From the sequence record DRR723986_8792: a stretch of DNA of 37,312 bases; one strand, given 5' to 3'. Positions 1 to 7,758 of the stretch are shown here, one piece after another. The first letter of the stretch is position 1, and each line of letters starts with the position of its first letter. Made by a program: the position numbers and the translations under genes. The notes beneath the pieces were generated by a model that ran no database searches, was not told where the DNA came from, and saw only the letters and a program-made list of their open reading frames with translations.

Positions 1-204
1 GCGTCCACCGCAAGGATCGCAGCAAGGATCTACAACTTCGCAACCACAGCTAGGAGCAGCCATTTCGCAGCCACAAGTAGGAGCGGCGATTTCGCAGCAG
101 CTAGGAGCAGCGTCGCAGCAGCCGCCACGGTTGAACAGACCAGCGTTCGCAGCAGGAGCGAAACACGCAGCTAGAACGAGAGAAGCAAGAATTCGTACGG
201 ACAT
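1..204 (-). CDS. Secreted Cys-rich planctomycete protein, 5' part only (runs off the window edge; absent from the ORF track)
   Basis: Manual translation from the ATG at 204-202: MSVRILASLVLAACFAPAANA|GLFNRGGCCDAAPSCCEIAAPTCGCEMAAPSCGCEVVDPCCDPCGGR. Signal peptide ends in ANA, a GGAGA Shine-Dalgarno lies just upstream, and the frame is open to position 1. Confidence 0.88.
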   Translation of the reverse strand, partial: MSVRILASLVLAACFAPAANAGLFNRGGCCDAAPSCCEIAAPTCGCEMAAPSCGCEVVDPCCDPCGGR

Positions 205-625
205 GGGAGTCTCCACAAATTGAAATTTTTTCGGATACGTTGAGGGGGTCGAACCATCCTTGTGCTCGATGCTATGGATCCGAGATGCGATGCTGGCAGC
301 TAATCTTGTTTTGGCCAGTCAGTCGATCGGGTCGGTTGTGAACACGAGCGAGGGTGGTTGATGTAAAGGTTTCCTCAGATCTTTCGTCCAGCCTAGCTTG
401 CCTATACGACCAAAATGCTATCTTTTGCGCTGCCGGCAGCCTTTGACGCGTCGCTTCTAACGTCTGTGCCGATTAATTGCATGCATTGAGGGGCACAGCG
501 CCCAGCGGGCCCCCTAGTACAGCTAGCTCCGGCCTCCAAAGGGCGGGTTTGGAAGGGGAATCAGTACAGCCCGACCCTGGCTGGCAATTTCAACGACTGA
601 ACGGCCAAGGTTGAACAGCAAAAGT

Positions 626-654
626 TTGACGGCTGTGATCGACCCAAATACACT
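626..654 (+). promoter_or_regulatory. Sigma70-like promoter for the 802-2271 gene
   Basis: TTGACG (626-631), 17-nt spacer, TACACT (649-654), about 150 nt upstream of the ATG at 802. Confidence 0.6.
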
Positions 655-801
655 TAGGGCTGTAGGTAGGTACTGCTGGCACAGTTTCTATAGACCCAAC
701 ATTCATTTTGGTAGTCTGTTGACGTGCCGCGGCTACGGTGCCCGCCGTAGAAAACCTTTTCCAAAAAGCGGTTTCAGACCCACTCTTCTCGGACCTGACT
801 C

Positions 802-2271
802 ATGGCAGCTCGCGATCGGAATCTTTTTGCTTGGCAGGCGTACGTAATCACGATGTCGATCGTGTCCGTCATGCTGCTTGTTGGGATGTTCTTCCTTTGG
901 CGTAGTTACAGTGACGCTGCGACGAAGCTTGAGACAGCCAATTCTTCGCTGTCCAATACGCAATCGCAGTTCACCGATGCCAACAACAAAGTTGAACTGA
1001 TGCGAGCCATGCTTGGCTACGGTGCGTTCAACGAAGAGGAAATGCGAACTCGGCTGGGTAATTTTGATGGCGACGCCGACATGACGCAGCTCATCAGTGA
1101 TTACGAAACGGCGATGAAGCAGTTTCCTTCTGATGCCGCAGAAAAGAATCTACTGAAACTGCCGGAGTCGTTGATTGATACGATTCGCAAGCGGAACATG
1201 GATTTGGACGCTTTGCTGAAGGAAAAGGCTCGTCTTGAAGCTCAATTGAAGGCCACCGTGCAGCGTGAGACGACCGCTCGTGCGAATGCTGAAGCAGCTC
1301 AAAAGAAAGCCGAAGGAGAGCTTGAACAAGCACGACAGGACCACTCGCAGCAACTGGCCGCTGTGAATAAGCAGCGACAAGAGACCATTGCCAAGTTCAC
1401 GGCCTATCGACAGTCCATCGATGCTCAGATCGCAAAGGTCAAGCAAGACTTGGCGTCGGTGTCCAAAGAACGCGACGATTTGAAGGTAACGCTGGCAGCC
1501 AAGCTGGAAGAACTCAACGACTGGACAAAGCCTGATTTCTCCGCACCTCAAGGACGAATTGTTCGCGTCACCAATGGCAGCTCGCGAGTCTGGATTGACT
1601 TGGGAAGTGCCGATGGGCTACGTCCTGGCGTAACGTTCTCGGTATTGGATGAGAACAGCGTTAACATCTCTGAAGCGCGGCCAAAGGCGCAGGTTGTTGT
1701 GACGCGAGTCGTCGAGGACCACCTTAGCGAAGCTCGTGCAGTGAATCTGGACTATCGCAACATTATCGTTTCCGAAGATCTCGTTTACTCCCCCGCTTGG
1801 CGAAGTGGTCGTAAGACTGGTTTTGCCTTGGTCGGCGAAATGGACATCGATGGCGATGGGCGTGACGACATCGATCAGGTTCGCGAGATCATTCGTGTTG
1901 CCGGCGGTCGAGTGGACGCAGAGAAAACACCTAAGGGAGGCGAGAAGGGCAGCATCGATTACAACACCACTTGGTTGGTCATGGGAACGGATCTGTCTGT
2001 TTCGGAGAATGCCAGCGATGCTCAGCGTGCTGAACAACAACAGCGACTTCAAGCCTATGCGGGCTTCAGAAACGAAGCTGAGCGGTACGGCGTGAGAGAG
2101 ATTTCGCTCGATAAACTGATGGGTTACATCAAATCGAACAGCTCCAATCGTACTGTTCCGCTTGGTAATCGCATCCGCGGTGACGATTTCTCGGCCCGCG
2201 GGAATCGCCAACCACCATCCAGCAACGGATCGGTCAGCGACAAATTTATGAAGCGGCAACCCCCTCGTTAG
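802..2271 (+). CDS. Membrane-anchored coiled-coil protein with a C-terminal small beta domain and BRCT-like domain (planctomycete hypothetical)
   Basis: 489 aa. N-terminal TM (YVITMSIVSVMLLVGMFFLW), long A/E/K/Q-rich heptad region, GRIVRV..VWIDLGSADGLRPGVTFSV beta domain, then a FALVG..IIRVAGGRV..TTWLVMG..AERYGVREISLDKLM BRCT-like pattern. Confidence 0.85.
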   Translation: MAARDRNLFAWQAYVITMSIVSVMLLVGMFFLWRSYSDAATKLETANSSLSNTQSQFTDANNKVELMRAMLGYGAFNEEEMRTRLGNFDGDADMTQLISDYETAMKQFPSDAAEKNLLKLPESLIDTIRKRNMDLDALLKEKARLEAQLKATVQRETTARANAEAAQKKAEGELEQARQDHSQQLAAVNKQRQETIAKFTAYRQSIDAQIAKVKQDLASVSKERDDLKVTLAAKLEELNDWTKPDFSAPQGRIVRVTNGSSRVWIDLGSADGLRPGVTFSVLDENSVNISEARPKAQVVVTRVVEDHLSEARAVNLDYRNIIVSEDLVYSPAWRSGRKTGFALVGEMDIDGDGRDDIDQVREIIRVAGGRVDAEKTPKGGEKGSIDYNTTWLVMGTDLSVSENASDAQRAEQQQRLQAYAGFRNEAERYGVREISLDKLMGYIKSNSSNRTVPLGNRIRGDDFSARGNRQPPSSNGSVSDKFMKRQPPR

Positions 2272-2367
2272 AGGAATATTTGACGCGGTGAAAAGTGGAT
2301 TTTACCGAGCCAATGTTAAGAGCTAGCAAAAAACGGCGGTGTGAAACAGATTTTCAGATCGTAACAA

Positions 2368-2396
2368 TTGACTGGTTTGCACATCCATACTAAACT
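2368..2396 (+). promoter_or_regulatory. Near-consensus sigma70 promoter for the 2470-3588 gene
   Basis: TTGACT (2368-2373), 17-nt spacer, TAAACT (2391-2396). AAGG SD precedes the ATG at 2470. Confidence 0.7.
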
Positions 2397-2469
2397 CAAC
2401 GCTGCCCTCGCAGGGGCCCCAAACTAACTCACTTAACAGTAGCGACTGTTTCAACAACGAAGGTACATC

Positions 2470-3588
2470 ATGAAACGCCTATTTGTGGCACTTCTCGTAG
2501 CAAGCAGCTTTATGCCGGCTGCGTTCGCCCAAGAAGAGCTTGCTTCAGCTCCATCTGTCGTCGAAACAAAGTCGGCGCCAACGGTTTATCACAGTGGTTG
2601 GGCAGTGCTCGACGCTGCCGGTAATCTGACTGGTAAGGTTGTCACCGTCAGCGCTGCTGGTGGAGTTGCTCAGCCTGGTGCTGCAGTTACTCTACGCAGT
2701 AACGCGGGCACGATGATCAATGGCCAAGCTGACGAAAATGGTCAGTTCTCGATTCCTGGCGTTAAACCAGGCGTTTACGAACTGACTGCTGCTGGCGAAT
2801 CCTCGTTCGCTCGTCATGGCGTTCACATCATTGCACACAGTGAAGGTGCTTCCGAAGGGCTATCCGTCTTTGCGGCTGCGGTTGCTCCTCAAGTTGCAAC
2901 AGAAATCTTGCGAACACTTGCTGTTCCACAAGCGGCCATGGCACAACCGCCATTCGGCCCACTTACAGCTCCACCGATGCCAATCGCTCAATCACACCAA
3001 GTTGCTCTCAGCAACGGTGTTGTTAACGGACGTCTGGCATTCACCATGGGCTTCGGCGATCCTCGTGCTCACACCGTACGTCTGATGCAAGACGGCAAGG
3101 TCATCGACTCTGCAAGTGTTGACTCGATGGGTTACTTCACCGTTAAGCCGGCTGGTCCAGGTGCCTACGACGTAATCGTTGGTGGCGTTGGAAGCGGTGC
3201 GGTTGGTGTTGAAGTCGTCGACACAACAGTTCAGTTGTCAGCGGCTGACAGCAACGTGAAGCTAGTTGCCAAGAAGGCAGCATCGCTCGTCCAGGGAACT
3301 TTGATGGTTCCAGTCGCCATGCCAGGCGCTGGCCAACTCCCAGGAGAAGGTCAAGTCGTTGAGGACTTCCCAGGTGCACTGCCTGTTGGCGGTGGATTCC
3401 CTGTCGGAGGCGGCTTCGGCGGAGGCGGAGGCTTCGGTGGTGGTGGCGGCGGATTCGGCGGAGGCGGAGGCTTCGGCGGTGCTGGTGGACTCCTTGGAGT
3501 TGCTGGTCTCGCTGTCGGCGTTGCAGCCCTTGCTGACGACGATGACGGATTTGACGCAAACCTGGCTTCGCCGATCATCAGCAACTAA
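2470..3588 (+). CDS. Secreted protein with two carboxypeptidase-regulatory-like (prealbumin-fold) beta domains and a Gly-rich, hydrophobic, acidic C-terminal tail
   Basis: 372 aa. Signal peptide MKRLFVALLVASSFMPAAFA. Repeated ADENGQFSIPGVKPGVYEL / VDSMGYFTVKPAGPGAYDV motifs. GGGFGGGG repeats, then LLGVAGLAVGVAALA-DDDDG. Confidence 0.88.
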   Translation: MKRLFVALLVASSFMPAAFAQEELASAPSVVETKSAPTVYHSGWAVLDAAGNLTGKVVTVSAAGGVAQPGAAVTLRSNAGTMINGQADENGQFSIPGVKPGVYELTAAGESSFARHGVHIIAHSEGASEGLSVFAAAVAPQVATEILRTLAVPQAAMAQPPFGPLTAPPMPIAQSHQVALSNGVVNGRLAFTMGFGDPRAHTVRLMQDGKVIDSASVDSMGYFTVKPAGPGAYDVIVGGVGSGAVGVEVVDTTVQLSAADSNVKLVAKKAASLVQGTLMVPVAMPGAGQLPGEGQVVEDFPGALPVGGGFPVGGGFGGGGGFGGGGGGFGGGGGFGGAGGLLGVAGLAVGVAALADDDDGFDANLASPIISN

Positions 3589-3631
3589 TGAAACAAGCTT
3601 GCTTCCACGAAGCGACAGAATCTAAACCAAG

Positions 3632-3662
3632 AAAAGGCCTGCGTAACCCGCAGGCCTTTTTT
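3632..3662 (+). terminator. Rho-independent terminator (potentially bidirectional)
   Basis: AAAAGGCCTGCG-TAACC-CGCAGGCCTTTT-TT: a 12-bp perfect inverted repeat ending in a T6 tract, about 45 nt after the stop at 3588. Confidence 0.9.
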
Positions 3663-4064
3663 CGTATCAGCTTTGCTCGAGGGGCCCGCGGCTTTAAAGC
3701 CTAAGAGAACAAGGGGGCTTAGCCGCTGTTGCGGCTCATCCAAACTTTCGCTTGTTCAGCACCCGTTAGTTGAATAAACAGCCTATGTCCGCTATGCTCG
3801 CGTCTGCCCGCCTAGCCTACCTGACTTGTTTATTCAGACTTTGCTCCGTCCGCGAGTGCACTGCAACAGCAATTGCTGGTCCGACTACCCTTCGACGGGG
3901 TGTTCCTTCTGATAAACTTCCAACAAGCGTCACGATGAATGGTGATGCACGCGGATTGTTCCCGGTCCAACACGTGGCACACGATCGCTCCTTTCGGGGG
4001 TTGGCTTCGACCGCTTAGCAATCCAATTCCATTTTCACATAGATTCGCCTGAGAGTTCCCACAG

Positions 4065-5189
4065 ATGTCTTCGAGCATTTCTGAGCAAGTTTCGCAGCAA
4101 GCATCGGCCGCTAAAGAGAGTCTGGATGCTCATACCGTTGAACATGTACAGTGGCATTTCCACGAGAGCACTGGCTCACCATTTTGGTTGGAAAAGAAAG
4201 CTGAACTGAAGTTCGATCCGCTGAAGGAAGTGAAGTGCTTCGAGGACCTGAAGAAATTCCCGCTCTTTGAAGACGACTGGCTCCGCGGGGGGCCCGTCAG
4301 GCGTTGGGTCCCCAAGGGCTTGGATGGCAAGCCGACTTACGTATTCGAAACCGGTGGAACGACTGGTGTACCAAAGAGTCGAGTAGTGATCGATGATTTT
4401 CGCATCGATTACGAAGTGTTCTCGGATACGCTCCCAGATGAATATTTCCCCAAGGGGGCAAACTGGTTGATGCTGGGACCCTCGGGACCTCGACGGTTGC
4501 GATTGGCGGTCGAGCACTTGTGTCAGCATCGCGGTGGCATCAGCTTCTGTATCGACTTGGATCCGCGGTGGGTAGTCAAGCTCATTAAGAAGGGCTGGAT
4601 GGACCATCTCGAAGAGTACAAGAAGCATTGCATCGACCAAGCGATCACGATCCTGACTGCTGGGCACGACATCAAGTGCATGTTTACGACGCCCAAATTG
4701 CTTGAGTCGCTCGCCTATGGTTTGGCAGAGCAGGGGACGAGCATCCAAGAGGTCGGCATAACAGGGATTTTCTCCGGTGGGACGGAGTTCACTCCTCAGT
4801 GGACACGGTTCTGCGTCGAAGAGCTACTTGGCGGGCCAGTTGAGGAGAGCGGCGTCTACATGACCCCGACCTACGGTAACACACTGATGGGCCTCGCTTG
4901 CAGTCGCCCAGTTGTTGCCGAAGAAGATTACAAAATCGCCTACTACGCACCGCAGCCGCGTGCCGTCGTAGAAGTTGTTGATTTCGACGACAACAATCAG
5001 GTCGTGCCTTATGGTGAAACCGGACGCGTCAAACTGTACACGATGACCAAAGAATTCTTCGTGCCTGGTTTCCTTGAGCGGGATGAAGGGGAACGGGAAA
5101 TGCCGTTCGAGAAGTATCCGTGGGATGGTGTAAGTGGCGTTCGACCATTTCACGAACTCGCTTCCGCGACCACCGTAGGCGTCTACTAG
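4065..5189 (+). CDS. EhpF/GriC-like adenylate-forming enzyme (short ANL superfamily member, LuxE/PaaK-like)
   Basis: 374 aa. P-loop-like ETGGTTGVPK motif, WHF..STGSPFW N-terminal motif, FSGGT and PTYGNTLMG motifs, GETGRV..LERDEG near the C-terminus. Lacks the C-terminal ANL subdomain. Confidence 0.8.
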   Translation: MSSSISEQVSQQASAAKESLDAHTVEHVQWHFHESTGSPFWLEKKAELKFDPLKEVKCFEDLKKFPLFEDDWLRGGPVRRWVPKGLDGKPTYVFETGGTTGVPKSRVVIDDFRIDYEVFSDTLPDEYFPKGANWLMLGPSGPRRLRLAVEHLCQHRGGISFCIDLDPRWVVKLIKKGWMDHLEEYKKHCIDQAITILTAGHDIKCMFTTPKLLESLAYGLAEQGTSIQEVGITGIFSGGTEFTPQWTRFCVEELLGGPVEESGVYMTPTYGNTLMGLACSRPVVAEEDYKIAYYAPQPRAVVEVVDFDDNNQVVPYGETGRVKLYTMTKEFFVPGFLERDEGEREMPFEKYPWDGVSGVRPFHELASATTVGVY

Positions 5190-5340
5190 TCGCTTCCCGG
5201 TTCATCTGATTAGAAGTTGTTCGCAAGTTAAAGCACGAAGCTGAGCCTGGTCAAACAGGTGCTCGGCTACAGCGAACAGTCTACCTGGCAATTCTGATTG
5301 CATAGCGATACGCACACCAAACACTGAATGAGGAATAAAC

Positions 5341-6771
5341 GTGCTCACGATACCTGCACTGCGATGGGGAAAGGTTTATAACTCTCTTGAGGTTCAAGAG
5401 GTTGTTCACTTCAACACCGGCGAGCCGATTGCGAAGATATCGCAAGTAAACGGCGGCATGCTCCAGATGGACATGAAGCACGCTGCAAGAGCGCGAAGTG
5501 TTCTCCGCGAGATTCCGATCAAAGAACTGATCAAGAAGTGCGAGGCTGCCGCGGAAATTTTCTCCAGCGGCACTGTACCGTTGGGCGATGGCAGCCAATC
5601 AGTCGACGACTTTGTGCACCAGCAGAGCGCAAGCACCGGTCTGCCGGAACACATGTGTCGTGGCAACATGAAGAAGAACGCGTTCGTGCTTGCCAACATG
5701 ACGCAAATTCTTGACTCGCTGACACGCGGGTTGGATTTGGAGATCTTTTCGCGCGGGCACGGGGAAGAGGGACGCGGCGTCACGGTCAGCTACCAAGTTC
5801 AATCACCGGTGCTTGGTGCTGTGCTTCCCAATAATTCTCCTGGAGTGCATACGCTCTGGTTACCCGCGGTTGCTCTACAGATTGGGTTGATGCTGAAGCC
5901 TGGCAGCCAAGAGCCTTGGACGCCCTATCGAATGATTGGAGCCTTCATCGAAGCTGGCATCCCCGCCGAGGCTTTCGGGCTTTATCCCGGCGGGCACGAT
6001 GTCGGTGGCACGCTACTTTCGCGGTGCTCTCGCTCGATGGTTTTCGGTAGCGAGCAAACGGTTCAGCAGTACGAGGGCAATCCTCGCGTTCAGGCTCATG
6101 GCCCAGGTTGGTCCAAGATCATTTTGGGGGATGATATCGTTGACAAGTGGGAAGATTACCTGGACCTGATGGTCGAGAGTGTCTTCTCCAACAGCGGCCG
6201 AAGCTGCATTAACTGCTCGGGCATCTGGGCGTCGCGACACACCGAGGAAATCGCGCAGGCTTTGGCCGAGCGTCTTGGTCCGGTTGATGTGTTGCCTCCC
6301 GAAGATGACAACGCTGGCTTGGCTGCGTTTACCAACAAACAGATGGCGACCGGCACATGGGCCATGGTGGAGAAAGACATCGCCGAGAGCGGTGTTAAGG
6401 ACCATACCAGCGGCTTCGGCGAACGGCTGGTTGAGCACGAGCGATGTGCTTACCTGCGGCCAATGATTGTGTCGGCGGACTCGCCAGACCGAGCTGTAGC
6501 GATGAAGGAGTATATGTTCCCATTCGTCAGCGTCGTCAAATGTGAGCAGAAGCAGTTGCTTAAGAAAATGGGCCCGACTCTCGTCTGCACGGCACTCACT
6601 GAAGACGCTGCTCTGATTGACCAGCTAACCGAAAGCTCTCTGATCGATCGATTAAATGTAGGTGCTATTCCTACAAATCGATTGAATTGGTTGCAGCCGC
6701 ACGAAGGCAATCTGATCGATTTCCTTTACCGATCGCGAGCTTACCAAATCGCCCCGCTCGGCGCTGCATAA
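5341..6771 (+). CDS. Aldehyde dehydrogenase-superfamily protein, GriD/EhpG/LuxC-like acyl reductase type
   Basis: 476 aa, GTG start after a GAGGA SD. Motifs: VLPNNSP, LKPGSQEP, catalytic Cys in NSGRSCINCS, EYMFPF. HGPGWSK replaces the usual ELGGKSP. Confidence 0.85.
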   Translation: MLTIPALRWGKVYNSLEVQEVVHFNTGEPIAKISQVNGGMLQMDMKHAARARSVLREIPIKELIKKCEAAAEIFSSGTVPLGDGSQSVDDFVHQQSASTGLPEHMCRGNMKKNAFVLANMTQILDSLTRGLDLEIFSRGHGEEGRGVTVSYQVQSPVLGAVLPNNSPGVHTLWLPAVALQIGLMLKPGSQEPWTPYRMIGAFIEAGIPAEAFGLYPGGHDVGGTLLSRCSRSMVFGSEQTVQQYEGNPRVQAHGPGWSKIILGDDIVDKWEDYLDLMVESVFSNSGRSCINCSGIWASRHTEEIAQALAERLGPVDVLPPEDDNAGLAAFTNKQMATGTWAMVEKDIAESGVKDHTSGFGERLVEHERCAYLRPMIVSADSPDRAVAMKEYMFPFVSVVKCEQKQLLKKMGPTLVCTALTEDAALIDQLTESSLIDRLNVGAIPTNRLNWLQPHEGNLIDFLYRSRAYQIAPLGAA

Positions 6772-6876
6772 GTATTTCGGGTTTGCCGAAAAGCCGTCAG
6801 CCAACTATTCGAGGCCTTGAGTGACGATTCATTCAAAGGCCAAGTGAATTGCAGCCGCGATGAAAGTAATTGGCCA

Positions 6877-7161
6877 CTAAAGAAACGAAAGTGGCCACAG
6901 CAGGGCAAGTTTCTTGATGCGGGGATACCTGTCTAGATCCAAGTGTTGATTCTTCACTGGGGCAACCATAATGCACCAGGCGACAAGTATTGGCATCACG
7001 ATGAATTGATAGGCAGCGACGAAGCCTGCGAGCACGTGGAGCAGCTCCGGTGCATCCTGAAGCACTGAACAGACAACAGCAAGAACGGTTGTAGTCCATA
7101 GTAGCGTCTTGATGGAATACTGCCTGAACACCAGCTTTTGTCTCCGCCCGAGATGCTGCAC
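6877..7161 (-). CDS. Small membrane protein (planctomycete FS[LI]RTLL-type N-terminus)
   Basis: 94 aa. RQYSIKTLLWTTTVLAVVCSV followed by further hydrophobic segments. Start is uncertain, and the hydrophobic frame continues past the TAG to 6829. Confidence 0.6.
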   Translation of the reverse strand: MQHLGRRQKLVFRQYSIKTLLWTTTVLAVVCSVLQDAPELLHVLAGFVAAYQFIVMPILVAWCIMVAPVKNQHLDLDRYPRIKKLALLWPLSFL

Positions 7162-7274
7162 TCGCGAAACGATTCTCCGTTTCTACCGCGGCAGAATAAC
7201 GTGTCGTTACCACCTGGGAGTTGCCGCAGCCAGCGGTCTGGCTTGCCGAGACCGCGAGCTGAATGCGAGGGAAC

Positions 7275-7733
7275 TTAATAACGCCCATCGAGGCTTCGGA
7301 CTTCGTTTTTCTCTCCATCTGAAGTCAGGTCTAGGAAGTCAATTGTGTTACTACCAGGTTTTACTTCGACTTCCAGCTCAGTTTCAGAATTGTAGCGCTT
7401 CGGGACAGCTTCTTTCCGGCCCGCTCCGTAATCTCCGCCTCCGCCTTCTACGGCGGTTTCGATGTACACCTTGTGCTTGCCGACTTTGGCGCCTTTCTCC
7501 CCGCGACCGTATATTAGTTCGTAGTTTCCGTTAGAGTCGGTTCTTGCCTGTGATGTCCCGCCATTGTTAAAGGCATCGTTCTCGTCCAGTTGCGGATAGA
7601 ACGACACAAGAGCGTCTTCGAGTGGTTTACCATCCAAATGAACCGTACCGGTGACGTAACCGACGTCGCCGTTGCTGCAACCAATCGTCGCAGAGATCGA
7701 TGCGATAACTATAAAGGATAATAATCGTGTCAT
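7275..7733 (-). CDS. Carboxypeptidase-regulatory-like domain lipoprotein (usual DUF1559 partner)
   Basis: Start reassigned to the ATG at 7733 (MTRLLSFIVIASISATIGC lipobox). Motifs VTGTVHLDGKPLEDALVSFYP, TDSNGNYEL, GAKVGKHKV, VPKRYNSETELEVEVKPGSNTIDF. Confidence 0.9.
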   Translation of the reverse strand: MTRLLSFIVIASISATIGCSNGDVGYVTGTVHLDGKPLEDALVSFYPQLDENDAFNNGGTSQARTDSNGNYELIYGRGEKGAKVGKHKVYIETAVEGGGGDYGAGRKEAVPKRYNSETELEVEVKPGSNTIDFLDLTSDGEKNEVRSLDGRY

Positions 7734-7758
7734 TGTCCATATTCCCCAATTAGAAACT

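Noticed and set aside
802-2271. SMC/chromosome partition protein (a likely automatic annotation from the coiled coil)
   Set aside because: No Walker A/B or hinge domain, too short, and carries an N-terminal membrane anchor.
3388-3490. GGC/GGA-rich DNA repeat
   Set aside because: Fully explained by the poly-Gly/GGGF coding tract of the 2470-3588 protein.
5240-5267. Hairpin between the adenylating enzyme and the reductase genes
   Set aside because: An imperfect stem without a U-tract. At most an mRNA-stability element, and not supportable as a terminator.
4065-6771. Phenazine or bioluminescence (lux) gene cluster
   Set aside because: Only the adenylating/reductase pair is present. No phz core genes, luxAB or luxD occur in the window.
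6833-7318. 161-aa minus-strand ORF
   Set aside because: It overlaps the lipoprotein gene end and the more plausible 94-aa membrane protein in another frame, and its sequence has no protein-like features.
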